Of a DNA stretch of 64,000 nt, positions 48,098 to 60,730 are shown piece after piece. Numbering within the stretch: the stretch's first letter is position 1; each line of letters begins with the position of its first letter. Source of the DNA: Prorocentrum cordatum (taxonomy: Eukaryota); NCBI GenBank assembly GCA_963575745.1, contig CAUYUJ010000105.1, forward strand, positions 1 through 64,000, read 5' to 3'. Made by a program: the position numbers and the translations under genes. The notes beneath the pieces were generated by a model. That model ran no database searches, had not been told where the DNA came from, and saw nothing but the letters and a program-made list of their open reading frames with translations.

Positions 48098-51000
48098 ATG
48101 CCTGGACGACCGTCGTGCATAGCGGCCATATCGGGACGTGTCTCATGTGGGTGCCCACTATGTGGCGCACAAGTCGTGGATGTGTGATGCAGTGAACACG
48201 CCAGGCGCGCACTAGCGTTGTATGGTGTGTGTGTGTTGTGTGCGAATGTGTGCATGCGTGCGGCTGTATGTAGACGCGTGTGTCATGTACTTGCCGTGCA
48301 TGTGATGAGCGCGGGTGAGGAGAGGAAGAAGAGGGTGTGTTGAGCGCGGGTGAGGAGAGGAAGAAGAGGGAGGAGGGGAGGTGTGAGGAGACGCGGGTGC
48401 GCCGCGGCAGGGAAGAAAACCAGAACCCCACGAAACACGTGGGGAATTAAGAATCCATGAGTCTTACAAAGACAATTCGATTGGTAAGAAACTTTGATTC
48501 CTCTCGAAATCTCCTGCTCATCCTCCTCCCTCTCTTCGTGGTCCTCCTCATTATTTTCGTTATCCTCCCCTCCTTCCCTTCCTTTTCTTTGTTTTTCTCT
48601 GACTTCTATTCCTTCACTTCTCTGTTTGCTCCTCATTAGATTCCCCCTCCCTTCATTCCTCCCTCTGCCCCCCAGTTGAACTTTGTTTATCGCCGTCAAT
48701 GTTTATCACCCCCAAAGAGCAGCCATGAGTACTCCCACACGACGAGTAGGGAACGACCATACAAATCGAGTAGAAGTCCCACTCCATCCAGGGAAGGCCC
48801 CGCCAGAACCAAGAGCGAGGATGATTTCTCGGGCCTCGTGATCCTACATCCGTACACCGGACATGCCTACATGCGACTTGCTGGGAAAATCTTCAAATTA
48901 TCCCCCTGGGGGGCCCGAACTTTATTATCCCCATGGTGTGATTATCACCGGCACAGGGTTATGATGGGTGAGGATGGGGAGGAGACGGAGGAGGAAGAAG
49001 GCTTCGATGACGAGGACAAGGCGAATGAGGACCACGAGGTCAGCACGATGACGACCCTGAGGAGGAGAAGGAGGAGGACGAGAAGGAGGAGGAGGTGGAG
49101 GATCAGGTGGAGGACGACATTCAGGAGGGTGAGGATCAGGACGACGAGGAGCAGGAGGCTGAGGATAAGGATGATGAGGGTCAGGACAAGGAGGATCGGG
49201 ATGATCTGTGAGGGAGGGGAGAATGGGCGGGGCCAGCTGATTCCCGAAAGCTGGCAAGATTTACGCCTGCTCTCAATTGCGCGTTCCTTCCCCCACACCT
49301 CGTCCGCATTGGTTACCTGTCATGCCCATTCTTCCCTTTCTCCTTCCACACGGCTTCGCCAGGGTGTGGTTTGTTTATAGGCACAACCTTCGCTGCAGCT
49401 CCTCCTCCCTCGTCCCCCTTTTCTCATCGCCACCCGCCTGCTTCCCTCACCCCAATATCCTTGTCCCCTCCTCCTCGGAGTGGTCCGTTGGTATTCCCTT
49501 GGGTGCATTCGGGTATGTTCTGGAGCCGTTTCGGAGGCAATCGAGAAAAACAACCTCGGGGTCGTCCTGGGCCCTGGTGGGGCAATGTTTGAAGACATTG
49601 GGGCTGCCTTGGTGTCCTCCTGGGGCGCACCACCCCATCCAAACCCGCGGTTTCACATTCATGCCCAATTCTCCCCCCTGCTCCTCATCTGTGGGGTTTC
49701 GCCAGGGCCTGGTCCACTCCTGGGCACAACCCTGGCTGACCTTTCCCCTCGGCCGCCATCCCCCCCTTTTCGCTCGCCCCGCCCGCCCCCCGTTGTTCCC
49801 CATGCTATGGGAGGGCGGGGTGAAATTGGCGGGGCCAGCTGATTGCCAAAAGTTGGCAAAATTCATGCCTCCTCTCAATTGCGTGTTCCTTTTCCATCCC
49901 CGCCGTTTCCATAGTGGTTCGCCGGGCACCTTGTTGCCGCAGGCCAGGCATTTTTTCGCCCAAACCTCACCTTACGTTTTCAAACTGCTTCACTTTCATT
50001 CCCCCCCCCTCCGCGTAAACATGGTCGTGTCCTCGCCGGGTGGTTGTCGAAGGTGTCGTTACGGGCTGGGGTACTCTTAGGTGCAACCCTCGTTTCATTC
50101 CCGCCCCCGTTCATTCCCCCGCACCTCTTCCGCATCCGTCAACTTTCATGCCCCTTCTTCCCTCTATCCTTCCATGTGGTTTCGCCAGGGTGTGGTTTGT
50201 TTGTTTATAGGCACAACCTTTGCTGCAGTTCCTCCTCCCTCGTACCCCTTCTGAGCTCCCTATAAGAACCTCCTGGGAGCCCTCTGAGCTGAGCTGTCTG
50301 GGATCCCTAGAAGAACCTCCTGTGATTCGTGTCCCTCGCAGATTTTTGTTAGGGCTTGTCAGGGCTTCCCAAAGCTTCCTGCGGCCATGAGGGTATCCGG
50401 TGCCATACATGCTGAGAGAGTTTGCGCGCTTCCCTCTCCCAGTACTAATGGGAGCAAATCTTCGCCCGCGGTCACGTCTATATTCCTCACCATCTGTCGT
50501 CGTCCAGTGGACGTGCAGAGCTTGTTGGTGTGCACTGCTGAAATACTTTTCCCGCAAAGCTGCTCGGCTCGGCCGGAGGAGCAGGAGGAGGAAGGGGAGG
50601 AAGAGGGGGGGAAGGGAAACCAGACGGAGGGGGAGTGGAGTAGAAGGACGGGGGAGGACATGGAAGAGGACGAGGAGGAGCAGGCGTTCACAACTCGCAT
50701 CTCGGACGGCATGCTGGCGAAGAGCATCCAGAGAGAGGGAGGAGAGGAGAAGAAGGTCGAGGAAGAAGGTGCCCGTTTCGCGTCCGAGATGTTCACTGGA
50801 GGTGATTTGCCCCGATTCGCTTGGGACATCCCTACAACTCTGGGTTCCAGAATGCGATGCTCGAAGAGTTTTCGCCCGTTGTGCGTGAAGCATCATCTGA
50901 CTTCTGGGTTCCGAGATGCCTTGACCTGAGGTGGTCTGGTCCGTTTGGCTTGGGACATCCCCGAAGGTCTGGTTTCCAAAATGCGGTAGTCGACATGGTC

Positions 51001-51954
51001 TGGCCCGTTTCGCGTAAGACGCACTCGAGAGTTCTGGGCTCCGAGATAGTTTAACTCGAAGTGATCTGCCCCAATTTGCCTGGAACATCCGTGCAATTCT
51101 GGGCTCCAGGATGCGGTTCTGAAGTGTTCCAGCCCGTGCCCCGCGAGACGCCCTCGCAGCGCCGGGTTTCGATACAACGGGATTCGAGAAACTCCTGGGG
51201 GGCGCACAGGGTCGTCCGCCATTTTTACAGCATGACCGCTTGTCTGGGTCGGCCACCGCCGACGTGCAAGAATGCCGGGGCTGGCCATGGGACGCACAGG
51301 GACATACTAAAACTATCTGTCCTCCTTGGAGGCGCGCGTCCGACCCGAACATCTAGTATACCAATCTTGCAGTGCATCGTTTCCTGAGCGGTGTAGCCAG
51401 AGAGCGCCCGCCACGACGCATGTACTAGAAGACTTCTCGGTGCGCGCGTCGCCCCTGAGGGGGGCGACGCACATATAGTATAAGTATGCTGTGTTGACGC
51501 CGATCGTAGGTCGTTTGTGATATGTTTTGGCTTTGTCTTGGGGGTCTGCGCTATTGGGGGGGTAGTTCAGGGGCTGGCTCACGAGCAATCTTGTATTTCG
51601 CTTCCACGGCCTGCCGCACGCAGCGTTTGCCGCAATTGATTTGCATCTCGGCCCAGCTACCACTCATTATATCAGAGGACATTCGCAAATCGCAAACCGC
51701 CAATAACCGATGAATGGACGACTGAGGTAGCGGGCTTACGTTCAAAGCAAGCGCACTCACATAACGGCTTGCCAGGGAACTTCGGGGCTGCGCACGCGCG
51801 GCAATAGGCGTGCGAATTTCCATGCGTCGTTCGTGCGCCAACTCGTACACCGACCCCCCCCCCCATCGCTTTTCACATTGATGTTGCTTCCCATGCGTTG
51901 CCCATGCTCCCGGGCGCATCGGGGCACCTAGGGGCGATAGGGGCTACAGCAGCA

Positions 51955-52059
51955 TAACTTATGTTGCTCGTGTTATGTTGTTCCCATCGCACTGGAGGAC
52001 CGCATCCCATTTTTTTTCATAATAATAATTATATATATATATAGATATATATATATATA

Positions 52060-52147
<88 letters not shown>

Positions 52148-52315
52148 GAATACCCGGAAAAGTGTCGAAACAGTGTCGAAACAGTGTCGGACGAGTGTCT
52201 CCCAGGGCCCGGCATGTGAAAACCCTTGAGTTTCGGTACTTTTTTGGTGCTCGATATTCTTTCTGGTGATCAAGTGCACGCACATATAATGTAAGTATGC
52301 TGGAATGACGCCGAG
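51955..52315 (+). repeat. Paralogue of 9685-9861 carrying (TA)n and an A84 tract
   Basis: Flanks TATGTTGCTCGTGTTA.GTTGTTCCCATCG and GGAAAAGTGTCGAAACAGTGTCG...GGTGATCAAG are shared. The A run spans 52063-52146. Confidence 0.85.
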
Positions 52316-52429
52316 GCCAGGCCAGGAGCGGCCCCGATTCACTCAGCGCCCCGCCTGCGCGCTGCGCAGGCGCGCGCAGCGCCTGCGCTGCCCGCGCTCG
52401 CCGCCAGGAACGGGACGTCGGAGCAGTGG

Positions 52430-53215
52430 CCCAGCCATTTTCGCCGGAGAGATCCTCACACTTCTGACCTCGGGAATGCCCCAGTCTGAGGCGGTCCAGC
52501 AGATCCTCGCAAATCTGACCTCGGAGATGGCTTGCCCCACGATGGTCCAGCCACTGTCGCCCTGGGACAGCCTCGCAACTCTGACCTCCGAAATGGCCTA
52601 AACTCAGATGGTCAGGCCACCTTGGCCTGAGACATCTTCGCAACTCTGACCTCGGAGATGCCTTACACCATGGTGGTCTGGCCACTTTCGCCTGAGACAT
52701 CCTGGCAATTCTGGATTCCCAGATGCCCTGAGCACAGGAGGTCAGACCACTGTCGGCTGAGATATCTTCGCAACTCTGACCTCGGAGATGCCCTGCCCAT
52801 GGTGGTCCGACCGCCTTCGCCTAAAAGATCCTCACAACTCTGGGTTCCGAGATGCCCTGAGATGAGGTGGTCAGGCTACTTTCGCCAGAGACACCATCGC
52901 TATTTTGACATCGGAGATACCCCGCTCCATGATGGGCCGCCACTTTCGCCTGAGACATCCTCGCAACTCTGGATTTCGAAATGCCGAAAGCTGAGGTGGT
53001 CTGGCCACTTTCGCGTGAGACATCCTCGCGTCTCTGACTTCGGAAATGCCCTGCCCCATGGCGGTCCAGCCACTCTGGCCTGAGACATCCTCGTAACTAC
53101 CGAGATGCCTTGAGCTCAGGTGGTCAAGCCACTTTCGGCTGAGATATCTTCGCAACTCTGATGTCGGAAATGTCAAGTTCCTAGATACCCTGAGCTGAGG
53201 TGGTCTGGCCACTTT
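52430..53215 (+). repeat. Degenerate ~60-bp tandem repeat
   Basis: GCCACTTTCGCCTGAGACATC(C/T)TCGCAACTCTG...GAGATGCC recurs. Related units are at about 50770-51130. Confidence 0.85.
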
Positions 53216-53509
53216 GGGCCGTCGATGTCGTCGTCGTCGTCGACGTTGTAGTCGTTGTCGTGGTCGCCGTCCTCGTCATCATCGTCGCCGCCGTCGTCGT
53301 CGTCGTTGTGGTCGTCCTCGTCCTCGTCCTCGATATCGTCGTCCTGGTCGTCCTCGCCGTCGTCGTGGTCGGTCGTCGGTCCTCGTCGTCGTCGGTCGGC
53401 GGTCGTCGGTCGTTTTTCGTCAGTCGGCGTCGTCGCCGTCACCGACGCCGTCGTCTTCGTCGTCGTCGCCGTCGTCGTCGTCGTCGTTGCCGTCGGCGAT
53501 CTTCATCAG

Positions 53510-54100
53510 CAGGTCAGCCGGTCAACCGAAAAGACGGTAATTCAACCCGTCAGCCTGTGAACCAATCAGCTGGTCGACCGGTCAGCCGGTCACCTGGTCA
53601 GAATAGTAGCACGGTCAACACGGTCAGCCCAGTCAGCTGGTCAGCCAATCACCTGGTGAACCAATCAGCCGGTCAGCCGATCAGATTGTTTAACCCATGG
53701 CTTAACCACCTCACCGGCTGACCAGCTGACCGTTTGACCAATGACTGGTCATTCGGTCACGTCAAAAGTCAAACGGTCAGCCGTTCGGCCAGTCAGCCGG
53801 TCAGCCAGCTAGCCGGTCCGCCAGCTAGCCGGTCAGCCGGTCAGCCAGTCAACCGGTCAGCCAATCAACCGGTCAGCCGGTCACCCAGTCAGCCAGTCAA
53901 CTGGTGACTGGTCAGCCAATCAACCAGTCAGCCGCTTAGCCAGTCAGCTGGTCAACAGGTCAACTGCTCAGCCAGTGGCCTCGTCAACCTGTCAGCTGGT
54001 CGAACGGTCAGCCGGTGAGCAGGTCAACAAATCAACTGGTCAGCCGGTGAAACGTTAAGCCCGTCAGCCCGTCAGCCGGTCAACTGGTCAGTCGGGTCAA
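53510..54100 (+). repeat. (GGTCAGCC)n 8-bp satellite
   Basis: Directly visible. Confidence 0.9.
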
Positions 54101-54683
54101 TCCGTCACTTTGATGGGTGCGACCTTATAAGTAGTTATAGGTTAGGTAAGTAGTTCTATTTTAAGAGAGGTTTGGATGAATTGGGATTGGTTAGGATGGC
54201 CTATAAGTTTTATAGGAATGCCGATAGTGTAGTGCCCCATAGCCCCCCCCCCCCTATGTTTCACTATAGGATCTATAGGAGCTTACAGTGTCCTATCATC
54301 AGCAACACTTGAAATCCCTAAACTTATGTATTTTCACTATTCTTACTACGTTTCACTATGGTTTCACTATTCTTTACTATTTGTTACATGATTGTCCCCC
54401 TTGTTTTCACGATGTCCCGCAATTTGTCACTATTATTTTTACTTTTTCATTACTTTTCAAAATTCAGACATTGAAACAAGTCTGACCGACGCCAGAACGT
54501 TGTGCTCCAAGGGAGAAGAAGGAGAAGGAGGAGGGAGGAGGAGGTGTTCTTCTTGGTCGGCTTCTACGACCTGCAGCTCGACATCCTGACGCATGCCGCG
54601 CGAGCCGCCGCGGGGGGGATCCCGCTCTTCATCCGCTCGATACCTCCTCTTCCTCCTCCATGATGTGCCTCGTACCTTTCTAC

Positions 54684-55060
54684 AGCGGCCAGACCGCTTC
54701 GCATATTTTCTCGTTCTTCCCCCTTTATTCCTGCATGGTTTCTACAGCGGCCAGACCGCTCTGCATTCCCCCTCTATTTCTCCATGTATTCAACAGCGGC
54801 CAGATCTTGCATTCCTCCTCTATTCCTCCATGTATACTACAGCGGCCAGATCGCTTTGCATAGTATCATTGTGTCCCCTCCCCTTCTCCTTCTTCCCTGA
54901 CTTTCGCAGCGGCCAGGCCGCTTTGCATTTGGTTTCACGTTCCATATCACGCAATATCGCCCTTGCTCGTTGCAGCGGCTTGGCCGCTTCAGTTGTCACG
55001 GCGGTCTGACCGCTAACGTGCGTGTATGCGCCCTTGTTTGCAACAGCGGTCTGACCGCTA
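54684..55060. promoter_or_regulatory. First cluster of AGCGG-N5-CCGCT palindromes (about 8 copies); function inferred
   Basis: E.g. AGCGGCCAGACCGCT at 54684 and 54746, with variants at about 54795, 54841, 54909, 54974, 55001 and 55045. Confidence 0.45.
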
Positions 55061-55342
55061 AATCTTTACTATTTGGTTCACGCAGCTCGCGCGTCGCTTC
55101 GGGCGCCACAGCGGCATGCCCGCTTGTTGCTTGCGCGCAGCATATGAAGATGAGGAAGAGGATAATGAAGGGGAGGTGGAGGAGGAGGAGGAGCTGGCAG
55201 GAGGAGGAGGAGCAAGACCAGGAACGGCCCCTGCGCGCCGCAGCGTCTCTCCATCCAAGCGTCGCGCCGCAGCATGCGCACACAGCCGCGAAGCGCGACG
55301 GCTCAAGAGCGGCTATAGTCGCCGCTGACGGTTGCGCCGCAG

Positions 55343-57291
55343 GATGGACGCCCCTGCGATTGCGCGGCGCATCTCCGCAGTCGGCTTCATCCTGCAGTCG
55401 ATCTGCGACCCGCTGCAGGTTGCCGCGGTGTCGCGCGCGCAAGCGGGGCAGGTGGTTAAGGAGCTCAAGAAGGCGAGGTTGCCTCCAGAGGACATTCAGC
55501 CGATTCTGCAGGCGATCGCGGAGTCACGCATCGCCGGCGCCGACAAGGCAGCCCTCAACACCTGCATCTCGCAGCTGGCTAGTGACGGCGATTCTGCCAG
55601 TTGCGTCGCTGGCCTTCAGGACTGGGAGTCGCTCCAAGAGTTCTTGCCCCAGGCAGTCTGGGATTGCCTGCCGACAGGGGATCCCAACCCCCTCTTCGAC
55701 TTTCTGATCGACCTCGGCCTCCGCAGAGCATCAGAGCCCACGAAGCAGACGATGGCTTGCCTGCTCATGCATGCAGGGAGGGGCCTTGACGGCGCAATTC
55801 AGATTGACGCTGAGCAAAGGACGGACTCTGTGCTGGCCGTCGGCACGCTATTCGCTGAGAGGGTGGCCAAGCGTCACCTGACGACCCCCATTCCTGTCAT
55901 CCTGAAGTTGCCGACGGTGCCTAGTATCCTGGCGAACGACTACCCCGCTGCGCACCAGCGGGCGCACAGTCTGCACCCACCGAAGCGTTTCGATCTCGAC
56001 CCCGTCGGCTGGAACATCCTCAAAAGGACTACCAAGATGCGCCACCGTTCATCTCGGCCCGCAAGCGTTGCGAGCCCCTCGTGGAGCATCCGCGGGGCGC
56101 AGCCAGCTGTCTCGAGGCAGAGTCCTGCAGGTTCTCCACAATGGCCTTCTTTGCAGCAACAGCAGCAGCAGCAGCAGCAACTGCCGCCGAGCCAGGACGC
56201 GTCGCCTGCGATGGTCGCGAAGCTGGTAACGTCGATGATGCCGACGCTGCTTCCGATGCAGTCGCAGATCCAGCAGGTGCCCCATCAGGCGTTGCAGCAA
56301 TCTCTCACAGGGCTGCCGAGCGGGATGGCGCAAAGTCCAAGCTTGTTTCAAGCGGCCAGCGCTGCAATGCAGCATGCAGCGGCCCCTGCAGCGCTTGCTG
56401 CATCACCCCAGCCTGCCGCATCGCCAGGTGCGCTTGCAGCGCTGTCGCCTCCTCAAGGGCCAAGTGCGCTTGCAGCAGCATCGCCAGCACCATGCGCAGC
56501 TGCAACAGGACTGCGCGCAGCAACAGCAGCAGTGCCGAGCGCATCAGCATCAGCGTCCGCAGCAGCACCAGAAGCAGACGCACCAGCAGCAGCAGCAGCA
56601 GCAGCAGCTGCAGCACCGTTCGCAGACGGGCCAGCAGCACCAGCGGCGCCTGCCGTTAACGCCCTGACGGGCTCCGACCCAAGCTGACCGTAGCCGAAGC
56701 AACAGCGAGGATCACAGAGGCTTACGGCTCGCAGAAGGCCAACCGCAAGAGGGCAAGGAAGGAAGATGGCGAACCTCCTGAGCTCAAGAAGGCTGCAAAA
56801 CCCGCTATGAAAAAAAGCCAGCGGCCGCTGGCCCCGTGAAGTTGCCGCGCTTGCACGACGAGTCAACGCGTTCACATTTCCTCGTCCGCTTCATGGGCCT
56901 TGCAGACACGCAGGCTTCCATGAGCTCCCCGTACACCACGAAGACGAAGCAGGCGACAAAGAAGGAGGCATTTCCATCAGAGGGGGGCGAACTTCGCGGA
57001 GGAGGAGGAGGAGCAACAGCAGCAGAGGAGGAGGAGCAACAGCAGCAGGAGAAAGGGGAGCGTAGGGGAGAGCAGGGGGAGGATAGGTGCGAGTATGGGG
57101 ATAGTAGGGGAGTGCTGGGGAGAGTCCGGGAGTGCGCGGGGGGGGGGAGGGGAGTGCATGCAGAGGGGCGCAGGGGAGCGCACAGGGAAGGAACGCGGGC
57201 CAGCCTGCAGGCCATCAAGACCTGCAAAGACGCGTGCAGCAAGGCCAACGTGGACGTGCCCAGTGGCCACGAGTTTCTCTCGACGAAGTGA
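55343..57291 (+). pseudogene. Gene 1: unknown protein with globular N-domain, Q/A/P linker and basic AP2-like C-terminus; two frameshifts, putative GC-AG intron 56968-57210
   Basis: LQDWESLQEFLPQAVW..LGLRRASEPTKQ. After a shift at ~56675: KLTVAEATARI..AMKK. After the A-run at ~56810: HDESTRSHFLVRF..KKE|AIKTCKDAC. The AP2 resemblance is an inference. Confidence 0.6.
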
Positions 57292-57692
57292 TCGTGCCAG
57301 AGCTCAGACTTTCATCGCTGCGTTTGCGCGTCAGCAGCCCTGGCCGTATACGAGCATCTGCGCGCAAGCTTGCATCATCTCAGCATGCCCACGTTTGGTA
57401 CAGCGGCCTAACCGCTTTGCTTGATGCTTTCTATAGCGGCCAGTCTGCTTGCATGCGTTCGCCAATATTGCTACAGCGGCCTGGCCGCTTGGGGTTTGCC
57501 AGATTTGCTTGTTATAGCGGTCTGTCCGCTTTCATTATTTTCCGCTTTCCCCTCCTCCTTCTCCTCCTCCTCTTCCTCGCCCCCCTCCTCCTCCTCTTCT
57601 TCCTCCTCCTCCTCCAGCTTGCGCGGCCGCCTGCGCCGCGCCCCCCTGCGAGGCTCCGCTGAGCCTCCCTGAGGCCCCCTGCAGCGGGCGCC

Positions 57693-58985
57693 ATGGAGGC
57701 GTTCCTCGAAATGGGGAACGCGGCGGTGCACTCCTTTCTTCTTGGAGAGGATATCTCCGCATTTGTTGTCTCTGCTTCTTTCTACACCAACACAGCGTCG
57801 ATGTGCTTACGCTAGTCGTCGATTGTTTTGAGTTGCATGCTCACCTCCCCCTGCATTGCCCCACTCCGAGCCCCTCCCGTGCCCCAGGAAGAAGCTCCTG
57901 CAGATGCTGGCCAAGCAGCAGCAGCGGCAGCACCAGCAGCAGCGGCAGCACGAAGCACCAGCAGCAGCGGCAGCGATGAATCAGCAGCAGCGGCAGCACC
58001 AGCAAGACCAGCGCCAGCACGAAAGAGCACTCCGTGGCCGTGGCAGACCCCCCGAGCACGAAGGAGGCCGCGACTCGCCACAGAGATGCCAGGGCGCGAG
58101 TGCTCGATCGGCATCCACGGCCTGGACAACCCTGGCAGCCGCCAGGTGAAGAGCCCTGTGCGCAAGAAGAAGAAGATGGATCCTTCTTCAAAGCTCGGCG
58201 CCGAGCAGCTGCCGAAGAAGCACATGGAACCTGCTTCAAAGTGTCGCGCGCCAAAGCCGCAGGGGACATCGGCTACCTCGCTGCCACCACCGCTGCCACC
58301 GCCAGCTTCGCCACCGCCGCCTCCTGCGGCAGCTGCAGCAGGCCCTCCACCGCCGCCTCCTGCGGCAGCTGCAGCAGGCCCCCCCTCGGGGACAATGCCG
58401 CTTTGGCCGAAGGCGGCGTCGCAGTCCGAGATTTCGCCGAAGCCCAAGCCTATCGCGGCGTCATCGGCAGCGGCCCCTGCAGCGGCAACTCCAGCGCCGC
58501 CCCCAGCGGCGCGCCAGCCGCCTCCGAAGCAGCCGACGCCACCTGCACAGCCGCCGCCTCAGGCTCTGCTGCAGCCTCCAGCGCCGCCTCCAGCGGCCCC
58601 TCCAGCGGCAACTCCAGCGCCGCCTCCGAAGCAGCCGACGCCACCTCCACAACCGCCGCCGCAGGCTCTGCAGCCTGGCCCCCACGGCTGGAGATCGCCG
58701 AACGGGGAGCCGTGGAGGGCGGGGGTCAACGGCGGCAAGGCGCGGCACGGCATCAGCGGCGGCCGCAATCGCGACTACTCCCGCTTGCCTGAGGCGCGTT
58801 CAAGGCGCAGAACCCGCACCCGAAGGAGCTCGAGAGGGCGCGGCAGTTCTACCAGAACGCCCCGCACGTCGCCAGGACGGCCTCGCCAACGCCGCCAGCA
58901 GCAAAGGCGGAAACCAGCAACACCGCGGCCAGCAGCAGCAACAAGCTCGGCAAAACGCCTTCACCCAAGCCTTTCCTTTGAGTAG
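57693..58985 (+). CDS. Gene 2: Pro/Ala-rich unknown protein with C-terminal GEPWRAG..GGRNRDY motif; exon 57693-57725, GT-AG intron, exon from 57888
   Basis: ATG in GCCATGG context, phase-0 GT donor at 57726, and CAG|G acceptor in frame with ORF 57828..58985. Probable frameshift near 58790. Confidence 0.5.
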
Positions 58986-59881
58986 CGGGCGCGGCCGCTT
59001 AGCTTTGCAGCGGAAGCGGCCGCTTAGCGGACGCGACCGCTCAGCTCAGCGCTGCAGTAGCGGACGCGACCGCTAGGAGGACGAGGGGGAGAGGACGAGC
59101 AAGACGAGGAGGAGAGGACGAGCAAGGAAACGAGGAAGAGGAGGAGGGGGACGAGCAAGGAGACGAGGGCCACCAGAAGGATGACGAGGAGAAGGGAGTG
59201 CGGGAGGAGGAATACGATAAGCGGCAAGCCCATGCCCGACGCGCCTCGCATCGGGCGCACCCCCGCGCCCCCGCGACGCTTCTGCGCCGAGCAGACGAGC
59301 TGCCTCGGCCCGCGCGGGGTTGCAAAATAGCGTGCTCTCCAGCATCTGCCCCAAGCTCCCGCGCAGCTGCCATGCTTCCTCCTCTTCCTAACACCTCCTC
59401 TTCATAGCGGCCAGACCGCTTTTCCTATTCCTCCTCGTCCGTCCACCTCCATCGTCCTTCATCCGGTATAAGTAGCGGCCAGACCGCTTTGCCTCTCACC
59501 CTTCTCCTGCACCACCTCCTCCACCATATCGCGGCCAGACCGCTCTGCACCTCCCCCTTCTCCTGCGCCACCCCCATCCACCCATGCAGCGGCCAGACCG
59601 GTTTGCCTCCCCGTCTGTCCACCTTCATCGCCCCTTCCACCAAAATGGCGGCCAGATCGACGTGCGCCTCCTCCTTCCCCCGCAAGCCCTGCCTTTGCCA
59701 AACAGCGGCAAGACCGCTTTGCGTCTTGCCATCGCCATGTAGCCTCGCATTGGTTGCGCCACATCCTTGAGTTTCGGATCGAGCGCTGAGCTGCGAGCTC
59801 CGCTGCCGCCTCCTCGCGAGGCGCGCCGCTTCCCGCCTCCTCGAGCGAGGCCCCGCTCGAGGCTCCGCCAGCGCGCGAGCG

Positions 59882-60730
59882 ATGGCGAGCGATCGCGTCG
59901 ACGACGACAACACGCGCACGCAGTGGCGGTTCCATGAGTGCCTGTTCAGCCACAGTTGCCCGCAGGAGAAGTGGATTAATCGCTCTCACAGGTGCCAGAG
60001 CTGGGACTCCGAGGCGGACGCGCGGGATAAGCTGTCCATGCACCTGCGCTGGAGCGAAAAGCACCAGAGCGATGTGGCCGACATGACGGACGAGGAGCTC
60101 AGGGACTTCGCGCAGGCGGTCGGGATCGATAAGCGCACCATCAGCAAGAACGACGACGAGTACAAGCGTTGGATGAAATGGGAGGCGGAGAAGGAGGAGA
60201 ACAATAGGCTGGCTGCAGAAGCCATCGACCGCAAGCAGCACGGCGACAGGGCCCGCCGCGCCGACGACGACAGGGACCGCCGCGACGACGACAGGGACCG
60301 CGACAACAAGATGGCTCGTCGTGGCGGTGGCGGTCGTTCTGGCAGCGGCGTCGACACGGAGCAGATCGCTGAGTTGGCGGCGCCCAAGCTCGCCGCTGGC
60401 GCAGCAACATCAGGGACTTTAGCTGCAGCACCCTCAGCAGCAGCACCAGCGACGGCATCCAAGTCACCAGCCGCGTTGGCGCGCCTGCATCAGGGCAGCG
60501 GTGCCATCGTGGACAACGCCGCGAGGGTGACCATGAGCCTCGGCGAGCTCAAGGCGCCCCAGGACGACGTCAAGCGGTGCAGCAGGGCGTCGAGCCAGAT
60601 GTTGCGCTTCCTGGATGGCGCCAGGGTTGCGTTCCCGAACGAGCTGCAGACGTTCAACGACGCCGACGAGACCATCCAGCAGCTCATCGATGCGCACTCG
60701 CCGGGGTTGGTCTTCGGCGGTCGCGGCTGA
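59882..60730 (+). CDS. Gene 3: 282-aa unknown protein with atypical C2H2-like Zn motif and C-terminal helical/coiled-coil region
   Basis: Intact ATG-TGA ORF with GC-biased codons; CLFSHSC...HLRWSEKH. Confidence 0.7.
   Translation: MASDRVDDDNTRTQWRFHECLFSHSCPQEKWINRSHRCQSWDSEADARDKLSMHLRWSEKHQSDVADMTDEELRDFAQAVGIDKRTISKNDDEYKRWMKWEAEKEENNRLAAEAIDRKQHGDRARRADDDRDRRDDDRDRDNKMARRGGGGRSGSGVDTEQIAELAAPKLAAGAATSGTLAAAPSAAAPATASKSPAALARLHQGSGAIVDNAARVTMSLGELKAPQDDVKRCSRASSQMLRFLDGARVAFPNELQTFNDADETIQQLIDAHSPGLVFGGRG

Noticed and set aside
54684..55060. CRISPR-like array (palindromic repeat plus spacers), also at 59405-59720
   Set aside because: Repeats are short and degenerate, spacers vary in length, are pyrimidine-rich and partly resemble each other, there are no cas-like genes, and the context is eukaryotic.
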